This document shows positions 48,780 through 61,425 of a stretch of 64,000 bases of DNA, one piece after another (the first letter of the stretch is position 1; each line of letters starts with the position of its first letter). Source of the stretch: Felis catus (taxonomy: Eukaryota). The translations under genes were made by a program, and so were the position numbers. Under the pieces are notes generated by a model. It saw nothing but the letters and a program-made list of their open reading frames with translations, was not told the origin of the DNA and searched no databases. Location: NCBI RefSeq assembly GCF_018350175.1, contig NC_058368.1:52826001-52890000 (forward strand), given 5' to 3'.

Positions 48780-49025
48780 ACCAGAGAAAACAGATCAAAT
48801 ATTACAGTAATATGGTTTGAGTGCGATGTAATGTGTACTTTCCAGATCACAAAATTGTTAAATGCCGAATTGAGTTTCCCAGAGAGGGAAGTTTAGAATC
48901 TCCTTCAGTGAATGTCTTTAAATTGGGATAAATATAAAGTTGTCTAGGGTGTTGTTTGAGGAGAGGCATTACTACAAGGCAGGGGGGCATAGGCTCAATA
49001 ATATTTCAGGTCTTCTTTGGTCCCT
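48780..49025 (+). mobile_element. Possible L3/CR1 3' remnant
   Basis: tctccttcagtgaatgtctttaaa...aggcaggggggcatagg...ttcaggtcttc resembles CR1 3' ends. Confidence 0.4.
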
Positions 49026-50409
49026 CATTTTTAAATCTGAAATGTTTCCAAAGTAATATTTTGTAGGTAAAATGACAAACAAGGTCTATACAGACAAGGA
49101 GGTAAAAATTCAAAGAATGAGATTTTAGAAGGAGCCGTTTGGGGATTTGCATTCCCTACATTGGAGGGAAACAAAATGAATTTTAGGTTTTGTATGGTTC
49201 TGCTTCATTAACTTGATCATGGGCAAAACGAGGCTCCAGATTTCCACCTACAAAGTGGCATATGAGGTGGCAGTTAATTATTTATATCTCCTATTATTAT
49301 CAGATTAACACAGCAGGCGTATGCAATAAGCAAATGAATTTGGCTTTTTTTTTTCCTGTTTGCTCTGACAGTCTGGAAGCAGATTCATTTTTGTGGCTTT
49401 CTTTTCTAAGATTTTTATCTGAGACAGTATTTTTAAAAAGTGTCCTGGTACAGATCTAAAGTGTTAGCAACAGAGAACTTGATCTGCAAAACTGGAAGTA
49501 ACCAGAGCAGATGTGTTGACTTAAACTTTATCTTCTTAGAAAAATATTGATTAATTTTTCATTTGGAAAATGAATTTCTCCAGGTCATTGTGAAACTTGC
49601 ATTTTTACATGAATTCTTATGATTTAATGTGTTTAATTCTACATTTGAGGAGCCACTTAAAATACACCCGTTATTTGATGTTCAAAGCTATGTAGTTGCA
49701 GTAATTTGAGAGTGGTGCATAACTCTCCATCAAATTTTATCTCTTCTGGAAACCACCTGCATCCCCCGTTTGGAAACCCTTCGGGTATTTCTTCAGGTGA
49801 GGAGCGTAGTCGTCTGGCTTTGTAAATCATGTTTCTAATTCTAAGATGTCCGTGGCAGAAGCCTACTCTCGGCTTCAAGGCATGTGGGGGATTCTGGTGG
49901 AGTGAGGGACCCTGATGTAGGAGACTGTACCTGCCCCTCCAGGGGGAGAATTCCAGGGATTTCCGACTGAACTCCGAAGGCACGTGGTTTTTATGCACCG
50001 CCAGCATCTTCAGAACTTGGCTTCCAGCTGGGTTACTGGGTAGGATAAAAATCCTGGTGCAACATCCCTCCTCTCAAGTTTCTGGCAGGTGTGTGCTAAA
50101 TCCTGACTACTAAATACTTTGTAATTAGAATGCCTTGGGCAATCCCTGTCATCATACATCTGTAAGGGAGGGAGGGCGGTGTTAGTATTACTGCGCTCAT
50201 TTTTTTAACATCTCATGCCTATAGACCCAAGCACAGCTGCCTGAAGCGCCTGTGTTTGATGCGTGAACTATAGGAAGACCTCAGAAATGAGTCTAATTAG
50301 ATCAGCATCTGAACGCTTTGTGGAAGGAAGATGTATTATTCATAACCAAGACTGAACCCATTATATAAAGAAAAATAGTCCAATACAGGTACTGACACGT
50401 TAGAAAAAA

Positions 50410-50591
50410 AATAGAACTTGTCAGTTTTTGTGTTTATTGTGTTTATGATTTGCCTTCCTGACACTGGAATGTAAGTCGCCAGAAGGCAAGGAATGTTTTC
50501 TGTTTTGGTTGTAGCCATGGTTCCTCTAACAATTCTAACAATTTCCTAGCACACGGTTAGGGATCAATGAACAAATGAATGAATATTAGCT
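50410..50591 (+). mobile_element. L2 3' end
   Basis: actggaatgtaagtcgccagaaggcaaggaatgttttctgttttg...aatgaatgaa. Confidence 0.7.
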
Positions 50592-50797
50592 ATTTTTTAA
50601 AGTTTATTTATTTTTGGAGAGAGAGACAGAGTGCAAGCAGGGGAGGGGCAGAGAGAGAGGGAGACACAATCTGAAGCAGGCTCCAGGCTCTGAGCTGCCA
50701 GCACAGAGCCAGACCCGGGGCTCGAACTCACTGACCTCGAGATCATGACCTGAGCCGAAGTTGGATGCTCAACCAACTTAACCACCCAGGGTGCCCC
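50592..50797 (-). mobile_element. Can-SINE
   Basis: 15-bp TSD gaatgaatattagct (50577-50591, 50798-50812). Confidence 0.96.
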
Positions 50798-53700
50798 GAA
50801 TGAATATTAGCTTTTAATATTAACCATGAAATTAGGAAAGTATAGGTAAATGATGTTGGTTTATTTTATCCAATGTAATCAAATGAGAGATATATGTTAT
50901 TCCTAAACTGTGTACAAATATATTGTTATCAGATTATCAAATGTGGTCAACAAAGTGGGTGAGAAAGGCAATGTGCTATCAAACTGTGGATCTAAATGAC
51001 TGCAAATTCCTGAAAGGGAACTGAATTTTAAGATGCTCAGTCTGGAGTATGTGTAGGTTCTTAGTGTTTATTGTACTGGAGGAATAATTAACGATGAAGT
51101 AAAATTACACCAGTACAGTATCACTTCATTTCTATTTCATTGTCAGCCCCAGCCTGTGATTATTTTCATAGTGAAATTGCCATATCATATCTATAATCTT
51201 TAATGCTTTTCAACAGTAGTTGAAAGAAAGCCCTTGGATTAACTCCAAAGAAAACTCTTTGGGAATTGCTCAGATTGTTCAATTTGGGGATTGTCTGTCA
51301 TTCTTTACAAACACATCAGATAGAATTTTGGTTTAGGACTTTGTTTTATCCCCATTTAGGGAGAGAAGATTTTCTTATTGCATCTAAGAATAAAAACCTA
51401 AACTGTTCTAAAATGTCTAAAAGAATGGCCCTTGCATTATCAATATTTTAACATAGTTTTGGATAGAATCTATTGTCATCAGTGTTTCAGACTCCTTGTG
51501 TGTGCAAATAGCCAGGTTTCTGAAGAAAATGGGTATAAAAGTGAATATTTCCACTTTCTTAAAAATACTGTACTTACAGTCCCATAACTATAAACAACAT
51601 AGATTTTTTCATTGTTTGACTTCAGATTTCCCTTTTGTGGCCCAACAATGAACAAATATATGTTATTTATCATTTTGTTTCTCAGTTTTATTCTTTATTT
51701 CCTTCTGTCCCTGCCTCATACACCTGCACACTTAGAGTATAATAAAAACCACACGGTCTTAAAGGCTCAGAAGACACAGGAATTATTTGAAATACTGGAG
51801 AGATCATAACGTCTGCACAAGCTAGTTGTTTTAATTTTAAAAACCGAGGGCCAGAGAGACGGTGGGCCAAAGGTTATGCAGTGACTTTGTAGCAGAGATG
51901 GGACTGAGATTTCCTTATTCCTTGGCAAAGGCTCATTTCCTCTTGCTTTTCCTTTGGTGACCTGCCTCAGCATTTAGCTGAGGATATGAAGAGAGCCCAA
52001 TTAGTACTGGCTGACTTACACTGAACAGAGTCACAATGAATTCCTCTGCATTTTGTATGGAATTAAAAGTAGTCAACCTGATTTTTATTAGCAGTCTTAA
52101 ACACATCCTTAGAAAACATGCATGGATGTAGTATTAAGTATAGATAGCTCATGATTCAGTAATGTGAATATTTATTGCTAGATAATTGTTGAAGGATAGA
52201 TATCAATGCATCCCAATTGGTCAGGGATGGTCAGGAGCAGTTATAGGATATAGAAGATGGGGAACTGAGGGGGCAATGGAATAAGTGGATGATCAGAATA
52301 AAAAGTGGCCACCCTGGAACTCCCAAGCACACCACTGCAGCTTGATAATAGAAGAGAAGAACAACACGCATGAAGCTGGCAGGAGCAGCTTAGTACTTAC
52401 TCCCCACCTTTTATATCAGCAAGTTGACATGTTTGCTTATTAAAAATCTATTCCCTTAGACTTTCTTCTGGTCTCTTCCAGCAATGCTCTAGTTTGCAAT
52501 TTTATTTCTTTAGACATTTAAGATACAAGTCTGCATTTTAAACTAGATTGCAATTGGGTAATTATTTGCATTATATATTGATACATCAAGTTTTGTAAAG
52601 CAATGAGGGATTTGAAGGTTTGCCTGGTGACATTTATCACTTCTTTTTTAGCATGGGGACAAAACCTTCATTTCTTTTAGCTTCACACACAGACCAATGC
52701 AAATTAGGAATGCTTTGTATAAGAAGATTTTTCCTAACTTTGGTTGCATCTGTCTGATTGACTGAGAGAAAGAGAATAGCTCCCCCAGCTCATCTGAGTC
52801 CCAAGGGACATCTCAGTTTGCATCTAGGAGGTCAGAAGCTGAATTTGATGGTCCGATTATGACTTGGCACAGGAGGCTGATAAAGAAAGAGCAAGGTGAT
52901 CCACTGTGGGTCTGGGACACAGCTCAGGACATTTCTCCTAACTTATAAAGAAACAGGAAAATGGCACTTTATTTGCTTTAAATCTGACTGTGTTCAACTT
53001 TGCCAAGAAATGAAGGTGATGTTTGGCAGACTTTTTAATGTGCAAACAGCGCCCAAAATGATTTTCTAATAGTTTTGTTTTCTAATTTGAATAAGAGTTC
53101 CATCAGGATCCTTGATAGCAGTTGCTTTGAAATATAGTTTTCCAGTTTGCAAAGTAGAAGATTTGATAGACTTTATTCCTGTACAATTAGTTTTGCATCT
53201 ATTTACTATGAAGAGTAATTAAAGAGATATCGACATGAAAGAGATCAAGTTCTTACAAAGGTTTCAGGGTAGTGCTGTATGCAAGTGTCTCAGAGCAGCT
53301 CCATTGTAAAGGAATGAAACTGACAACATTGATGCGAACATATCTTTAGTGACAATGAGATAAATTTTCATGTCACATTTAAAACTAACCCATGAAAGGG
53401 AACATAGTCCTTGGAATATTGTTCACATTCATTCTCCTCATTTCTTCCTTCCCTTGCCTTTCTTCCCCGCTTGCTTGTAGTTCTAGCTTTTAAACCATCT
53501 TTAATTCCTTCTACTTTGTGCTCCTGGGAGGCCCTGCACTTTGAAAATACTTGACATTCAGGAAAATACACTTTATATGTTAAAAATCAATGGTGACACA
53601 ATATTTACAGCCCAAAGGCCAAACATTTGGAGTGTCTTTATAGAGAGTAAGTGCTCAGAGACCAGCTTTGTGCTAGTAAGCTGTAGACATCAAAGAATAA

Positions 53701-54125
53701 TAATACGGCGGTTTTCGACTGGATGGCCCGAATGGGCTTCCGCCCAGTGAAGCACAGTATCGAGCTGTTTCACAGATCTGTAATAGAGAGCCGATATGGG
53801 AATCCTTATTTTTATCTTAATTACTAAGGAGCCCTTCATGTCTCAGAAGTCCCCATGTCTTCTTTCAAAACTTCTGTCTGGAGAATGAGTTTATAGACTT
53901 GTGTCTACAAAAGAATGACAATACTTTGAATTAGGTTTCAAGAAGATTCAAAGTGCAGCCGGAAGGGGAATTCTTTAACTAGTTCCTGCTATTTCGCAGG
54001 GTTTCAAAGAAACCTTATGGTAGGTCTGTGATTTAGTAGAGAAGAAAAGAAACTGTTGTAGCTGGCGACTCCCTGGCCACCTAGCAAGTTTAATTTCCTT
54101 GGATTAAGCACACACCTGCAAAAGT

Positions 54126-54168
54126 ACACACTCACACACACACACACATACACACACACACGCACAGA
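54126..54168. repeat. Imperfect (CA)n microsatellite
   Basis: Direct reading. Confidence 0.9.
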
Positions 54169-55617
54169 CAGCATTTATTAGCTCATTAGAAACTGCATTA
54201 TGTGTCTGGGCAAGGAGTATCATTTGGTTTGTACACTTGACCCCTCATTGTTATTAGTTGTTCTTTCCTAAATCAGCAGAAAGGGAGAGGATGGCAATAA
54301 CTATTACTAAGCTAATAATAATTATCAGGAACAAACACAGTTATTGATGGCTCCTGCATCCTTTCATGTATGTGAGCTCCCGGTAATACTGATGTGCAAC
54401 TTCTGTTATTGGGCATGAACTTTGTGTGACCTATCATTTATCATCACATGAAGCTCTGCCAAGCCTAACAGTTACATTACGTAACAGAGCTTTCTGGTGG
54501 TGAAAGCAATCCTCTTAATCCACTGATGTGCTAGGGTTTCATATGGGGTATAGAGTGTTCGTTCTCTTTACTTGTAAAAGAGACTCACAGGGGGCTATGT
54601 GAGCACTTACTATAAAGCATTCACCTTGGAGAAAACCGTTGATGAAGCTAGACGGGACCACTAGAGGATCACTTTGGGAATGGCTCCAAACCAGTAAAAC
54701 ACAGAGGATTTAGGAAAGAGGAAACTCCCAAAGTACCAGTAGTTTAATTACCAGAGAAGAGATCTAGAGATTTTTTAGTATGCCTTCCTGTTAGTCCTGG
54801 ATGATGAGGTTGATAGTCTCAAGGTCACACATCTTATTTATGCCTTTTTCTGCCAAACTACAATGCTTCTCAGGGCAAAAGACAGGGAGGACATGGCTTA
54901 CAATCAACGTCGTCGGGACACCGAAGATACAGTCACCTCATCGGCAGTTGCCACTTAGATCGTTGTCAGGCAAAGAAGCATGTCTTTTAGGTCCTTCTCT
55001 GAAATCATGGTAGAAATATATTCGCCTGGGGATGGCTGGTGGTAGGATGGGGTAGGGGAGGATGCTTCTCAGGGACTCAGAGTGTATAGCAATATCGTAT
55101 GAAGATCCTAGATTGGCCCAGCCATCAGCTGGTGCATACCACTTCCCGTGGGACAAAGGCAGAGATGCTTTGCCTATTCTCCTGGTGTGTTCGAAAAGAA
55201 CACAATGTCACCAGAAGGCCTATTGAAACTACCGAAACTGCACATACATGAAGATAGCTCTTCAGTTGGTGACTCTAGCCCTTGTGGGCAAGGCCTTGCA
55301 TCATGTCACTGGATGCTACTGTGAGGTTACGCTTCTGAACCTCCGGGAAGCTCGTGCATCACAGTAAGCCTTGAATATTATAGATCCCTGAAGATGGCAA
55401 GCCAGAAGCATTTGCCAGTGGGTAATGGGACTGCTTGATGTAGACAAACAAGAAGGTAGCAGAGAGCTCACGAGCTGCTGTGCGGAAGGTGGAGAATCTG
55501 CAGCCCTGAGGTTCACCTTAAGGAAGTTCTTGCGGGCACCTCCCGGGGGACCTGGAAGGTTGGGAGAGGGTGCTGAAGTGGCTAGGGACTGAGAGGCAGA
55601 CACTCTAGCTATGGGAC

Positions 55618-56032
55618 TATATTTGTTTTCTAAGGCTGCGATAACAAACAAGGTGGCTTGAACACTAACAGAAATTCGTTGTCTCCCAGTTCTGGAGCCT
55701 GGGAGTCCAAAATTGACATGTCAGCCAGGTTGGTTTCTTCTGAGGAATTTGAGGGAAAGATCGGTTCTAGGCTTTTCCTCTTGGCATGTGGATGGCCATC
55801 TCCTCCCTGTGTGTTTTTACATCTTCCTTCCTGTATATACATCTGTCTCTGTGTCCAAATTATCCTTTTTGTAAGGACAATACTCATTTGATAGTAGGGT
55901 CCACGTTAATGACCTCATTTCAATTTGATGATCTCTGTGAGGACCTACCTCCAAATAAAGTCACATTCTAAGGTTACTATTGGAGGGTTAGGATTCCAAC
56001 ATTTATTTTTTCAGGATGCAGTTCAACCCAGA
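55618..56032 (-). mobile_element. MaLR solo LTR (MLT1B/C-like)
   Basis: ggctgcgataacaaa...cagttctggagcctgggagtccaa...ccaaataaagtcacattct...gttcaaccca. Confidence 0.85.
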
Positions 56033-56113
56033 GATCTTGTACTGGTCTCTCTGAGCTTCATTTCCATGGCTGATGGTCAGGAGCTGTTTTGGATGTCAGA
56101 GAAATTCTTGAGT

Positions 56114-56133
56114 TTGTGTGTGTGCTAGTGTGC

Positions 56134-56181
<48 letters not shown>
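56114..56181. repeat. (TG)n microsatellite
   Basis: Direct reading. Confidence 0.96.
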
Positions 56182-56184
<3 letters not shown>

Positions 56185-57149
56185 ACTTGACTTCTTTCTT
56201 AGCATCCGGCTCAAGTTTAAGCCACATTCTTCTACAATTCCTACCTGTCTGAAAGCAAATCAGTTTCCTTTTTTGAAATGGAAAGTATCTCTTCTTTCTC
56301 TGGGCCCTCCCCCCACTTTTCCCTCTTACCACCTCTTTCTTCTTGCTTCTCTGTCACCTTTTAACATATCCACATTGCATTTTTTGATTATGGATTCTCT
56401 CACTGTGCCTCATATTCCATCTTAGTTCATTTTCTTTGCTATTCTGTTTCTTCATTTTCTAACATTATGTTCTTCTTGGCTCACATAATTTTCTTCTACT
56501 TTCAGTCTCTTGTAAACTATTGTTTGTTTTTACTCTATTATTCCTTAAAAGGCTGAAGCAAAGACTTGAAAAATATTTCTTTACTGATGGCATCAGACTG
56601 TGAAGTTTGTATTATTCCTTCAACCGGAGGGCTGTCTGTCCCAGCTTTTAACTACCCAGAGAGTAACCTTGCACCATGAGTAGCTTATCCTTTAATAAAT
56701 TTGGCTGTCAGTGATTTGAAGACTTACCTGGTGGTTTTGAAAAGAAGCTAGGGAGTGTTGGAAGAGGGTGTTTGCTCCTGCGACCTCACCTGAGTTCACC
56801 CATCAGTAACATTGAAAACAGGGACAACAGGAGGCCTTCTTGGCTTCCACTGTCATGCCATGGTATTATTAGAAAACAGCAGAACAAATCATTGGACTTT
56901 TTCATCCATTCATTACCCTCCTGTCTCCCCTTTTTAGCTCCTAAAGCCAGTGTTCCATGATACATTGCTGGTAAATATTTAATTGCTCTTCTCAGTGATG
57001 TGTTTTGCATTTTCACATTGCCCTCCTCCTCGTGGTGGTGAAAGACAGGATGGGTAATATCTGTGCGCATGTGTCTGTGAGTACATACCTGGGTATTTTC
57101 TTTATAATAAAAGATAATATATACATTAGATTTCCAGTAATAGAGAACT

Positions 57150-58100
57150 TCATCGCCTGCTTCTTAATGAGAGGTGCTGATGTGAAATGACCCCTGCTTT
57201 CCTAAACACACAGCAATCTAATTTGAACCTGTACGCCAATTACAGGCCTCTGAGGAGCAGTTTATGGTGAAACAATCACGTCACAATAGGATTAGAGCAC
57301 TACGCCCCAGGACCACAAGGGAAGCCAGCCCGGGCATAACTGCAGGTTTATTCCTCTAAATTGTCTGTAAACAGCATTGATAGCCACCTTGGTGCCACCT
57401 TGGTATTGTTTCTATAAATCCTCCATAGAAACAATCTAAAATGAATAGACAATGAGTCAGTAATGGCCTGTTAGTTCCCAACACAGGGCTGTGCCACCGG
57501 TCTGCCTCCTGAATACCACTCACAGGGCCTGATCCTAGACAAACATTCACAAACAGCAGAGCAGACGGGTTTTATGGCGATAATCGGGTTTAATATTCTG
57601 AGAGATCATTGTGAATTGTGCCTTCTCCCTGAGCTTTCCTTGCAAAAATTAGCTTCAAAACCTGGGCCGTGTTAGTCCTCTTAGTAGGTTTCTGCACACG
57701 CACGCTTTCCACACGGCCTTCCATAAGATTTTTTTTTTTTTGTAGTTTCCTGACAATGCTGTCTCTGACTGAAACGATGAAAGCTAAAATTGCCATGTTT
57801 TGATCGTTAGGGCGGGTGTGAGGAGGGAGGTGAGATGCACAGAAGTCAAATGACCGGAATGGAGATTAACCACTGGGTCGTGCAGCTGGGGGTGAAGTAC
57901 CTATGTGATGTACAGTAGGTGATGGCTGTAACGCGGCCTGATTATAGAGTCAATCCTATCTTCCTATAAACCAAAGCCGAACAGAATAAAATTGTGCCAT
58001 TAAACTCTAAACAAGTGTTAGCTTTGTTCCTCAATGTCATATGAGATCATTTTACCATACCTCGCTTCTCCTTTGATGCATAGAAATAAAATTAAAATAT
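57150..58100. promoter_or_regulatory. Repeat-free enhancer-like block
   Basis: tttatgg twice (57261, 57571), several TAAT cores, ggatta, locally raised CpG; conservation untested. Confidence 0.35.
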
Positions 58101-58286
58101 TTTTATTTGATCGGCTCAATTCTTAAAATTTCTCATTTGGGTGATTTACACGTACTTAATTTTTTTTTGTCTGTATAGACCAAAGTAGTTCTGTACAGTG
58201 AAGCTACTGTTCCATATTTGTTAGTGAGCTACACAAAACCATTTCTGTATTGCTTATTTGGTGGTATTGGTTAACTACAAGAGGTG

Positions 58287-58500
58287 AAGTTTTTTTAAGT
58301 TTATTTATTTATTTTGAGAGAGAGAAAGAGAGAGCATGAGCAGGGGACGGGCAGAGAGAGAGAGGGAGAGAGAATCCCAAGCAGGCTCTGCACTGTCCTC
58401 ACAGAGCCCAATGCGGGGCTCAAACTCATTAACCATGAGATCATGACCTGAGCCGAAACCAAGAGTCAGACACTTAACTGACTGAGCCACCCAAGCTCCT
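58287..58500 (-). mobile_element. Can-SINE
   Basis: TSD ctacaagaggtg (58275-58286, 58501-58512). Confidence 0.95.
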
Positions 58501-58936
58501 CTACAAGAGGTGTTTTTAATGAGAAAAGAACCTAAGGATGAATACAGTATGTTTGAAAACAGTCACACATTACATGTTCCCTATGCTGATGTCATGAGAA
58601 TCTCTGAGGAAGGTGAACCTCTGCTCAGGTTAAGATTCAGTGGTGTCCTACCACTCGGGCAGGGAAATGACTAATCATTGTTCACTCAGGAAAAAATGTT
58701 TGAGTTCCTTCTGTGTGCCTGTCACCATGATGGACAAAATAGAGGCTCTACCCCAAGGGTCATACAGGCGATGAACCAGTGGAGAGTTGAAAGCATTTAG
58801 TTTATTCAGGTTAAAAGTAAAACTTCCCATGAAAAAACACACTTGCTATTTAAGAGAAAAAGTTGAGTTTGGGTTGGAGTGGTAATTCAGCTTGAAGTTT
58901 GTTAAACTTACTGCCCTACTTAAAACATGTATGTCT

Positions 58937-59148
58937 GGGGCGCCTGGGTGGCGCAGTCGGTTAGGCGTCCGACTTCAGCCAGGTCACGATCTCACGGTCC
59001 GGGAGTTCGAGCCCCGCGTCGGGCTCTGGGCTGATGGCTCGGAGCCTGGAGCCTGCTTCCGATTCTGTGTCTCCCTCTCTCTCTGCCCCTCCCCCGTTCA
59101 TGCTCTGTCTCTCTCTGTCCCAAAAATAAATAAACGTTGAAAAAAAAA
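58937..59148 (+). mobile_element. Young Can-SINE
   Basis: 15-bp TSD aaaacatgtatgtct (58922-58936, 59149-59163). Confidence 0.97.
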
Positions 59149-59158
59149 AAAACATGTA

Positions 59159-59779
59159 TGTCTTCTCCATCTCAGGCTGCCATAACAAAATACCATAGAC
59201 TGGTGGCTTGAAAACAAGACATTTCTTGAAGTTCTGGAGCCTGAAAGTCTGAAGTCACAGTGCCACCATGGTCAGGTTGCGGTGGGGACTCTCTTCCTGG
59301 CTTGCCGATGGCTGCCTTTCCTCTGTGTCCTCACATGGCTTTTCTTCAGATCTCTCTATATATTTGTTTGTTTAATGTTTATTTATTTTTGAGAGAGTGC
59401 AAGCTGGGAAGGGGCAGGGAGAGAGGGAGACACAGACTCTGAAGCAGGCTCCAGGCTCTGAGCTATCAGCACAGGGCCCGACGTGGGACTCGAACTCACA
59501 AACTGCGCGTTCATGACCTGAGCCAAAGTCATCCGCTTAACTGACTGAGCCACCTAGGCGCCCCTCACATGGTTTTTCTTCAGTTCTTGCACATGGAGAG
59601 AGAGAAGGGCTGAGGGATCTTTTCCTCTTCTTATAAGGCCACCAAGCCTACGGATTAGGAATCCACACTTACGATCTTGTTTAACCTTAATCACTTAAAA
59701 GAAGTCCCATCCCCACATATATTCACACTGGGGATTAGTGCTTCAAAATATGAATGGGTGGGCAGTTCAGTCCGTACCA
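59159..59779 (-). mobile_element. MaLR solo LTR (MLT1A-like) with nested SINE
   Basis: TG...CA termini; ggctgccataacaaaataccatagact; 5-bp TSD atgta (59154-59158, 59780-59784). Confidence 0.9.
59350..59562 (-). mobile_element. Can-SINE nested in MLT1A
   Basis: 21-bp TSD cctcacatggYttttcttcag (59329-59349, 59563-59583). Confidence 0.95.
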
Positions 59780-60225
59780 ATGTATTACTTATTACAAAGC
59801 ACAGCTAAAATTTATTTCAATACTGGATTTTTAAAATAGAGTTAATCATTAATGTATTTCAGAATAAGAATATGATTATGTTTTGGAAATAGCACTCAGC
59901 TGGAGGTAGAAGATCTGAACTTGAGTGCTGGCTGAGCCATTCGCTGGTTGGGAAAAGTTGGCATTCTGTACCCAGCACAGTTAAAATAGATCCTCTGTCC
60001 TCTTGCACATGTACGTTTTTTCCACTTAATAATGGGAACGCTGTTCCTCAGCTGCTGAGGTAGAAAACCTCAGTTACCATTCATCCCTCTTCCTTCTGTG
60101 AGCCCTAAATTCACTCCGTTGCCATGTCCTGTTGGTTCCACATGTGACTGATCTCCTCCATCTACCCCTCTTGATTTCCATTCCTATCTTTTCTTTATTG
60201 AAGACCAGTATTACCTCCGAGCACG

Positions 60226-60585
60226 TGTTGTGGACTGAATGTGTCCCCTCAAAATTCATACATTGAAATCCTAACATACAGTGTGATGATAGTGGGAGGT
60301 GGGGCTGTTGGGAAGTGCTTAGGTCATGAGGGTGGAACTCTTGTAAATGGGATTAGTGTCCTTATAAAAGAGACCCCGGGAAGCTCTCTTGCCTTTTCTG
60401 CAATGCAAGGACAGAGCAAGAAGACAGCCATCTATATAAATCAGGTATTGGGCCTCACCAGACACCAGATCTGCCAGTGCCTTGATCTTGGGCTTTCCGC
60501 CTCTAGAACCGTGAGAAATAAATATATGTTTTTTAAGTTACCAGTCTTTGATACTTTGTTATGACAGCCCAAACTCACTAATACA
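60226..60585 (+). mobile_element. MaLR solo LTR (MLT1A-like)
   Basis: tgttgtggactgaatgtgtcccc...aaattcata...gggattagtgtccttataaaagagacccc...gtgagaaataaa...taataca. Confidence 0.9.
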
Positions 60586-60619
60586 ACTGTTGATAATGTC
60601 CTTCTGCACCAAATTTTTC

Positions 60620-61050
60620 CCACAGCTCTGATGATGTACTTCCCTGTTGAAATTTATCCACCGGTTCCCCATTTACATATAAGATGAAGTCCAATTCTGA
60701 CATTCCAGGCCTTCTGATAGCTGTGCCCAACTCACATTTCTCGGCTGGCCTCTCACCGCTCCTCCTCTTAACACTCTTGCCCAGCACCTTGGACTTGTCA
60801 CTGCTTGATCAGCTGCTCTACCCCCTCCTCAAAGCTTCCATGACTTACCATTGTTGTACTTTTTTTCAATCTAGTCATTCAACATTCAACAACTATCTGT
60901 TACTGCTATCTTCTGGTCACTGTCTTGGGAGCTAAGGGAATGTAAAGGGGATAAGACATGGTTGGAGCTTTCAGAGTTCACTGTCTAGTGAAATAGAGAT
61001 AGGCACATAAACCAATAGTTACAATTTAATATGACACATAAGCGCTCAAA
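60620..61050. mobile_element. L2 fragments (both orientations)
   Basis: + strand L2 motifs to about 60850, then cattcaacaac...gggagct...agttcactgtctagtg antisense L2. Confidence 0.55.
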
Positions 61051-61200
61051 GCTGTAATGCCTGTCACGCCCATTTCTGCATATGTGTATCTTACTCATTC
61101 AAGTCTAGCTCACGTGACACTCACTCTCTTATTCCCTTCTCTTATTTCCAGGGCACTTTATCTGTGTTTTTCTTGTTTTTATCACTTTCTGTCATATTTT

Positions 61201-61425
61201 ATTTATTTATATGTTTATTTATTTTTGAGAGAGCGAGAGAGAGCACGTGTGTGCACACACGCATGCAAGTGGGGCAGAGGCAGAGAGAGAGAGGGGGACA
61301 GAGGATCTGAAGTGGGCTCTGTGCTGACAGCGGAGAACCTGATCCAGGACTCGAACCCACGAACTGTGAGATCATGACCTGAGCCAAAGTCAGACACTTA
61401 ACCGACTGAGCCACTCAAGTACTCC
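61201..61425 (-). mobile_element. Can-SINE
   Basis: TSD ctttcYgtcatatttt (61185-61200, 61426-61441). Confidence 0.95.

Noticed and set aside
53690..53790. CpG-containing stretch as a minus-strand coding exon
   Set aside because: All frames after the putative acceptor stop quickly; no recognisable peptide or donor.
19218..54485. Multiple D-box/PAR-bZIP sites (e.g. 29455, 41580, 54476) as support for circadian control
   Set aside because: TTAYGTAA-type words are expected several times by chance in 64 kb of AT-rich DNA, and they are not clustered.
54796..54874. C/D-box snoRNA (atgatga with cctg...cagg ends)
   Set aside because: No CTGA box D before the 3' stem.
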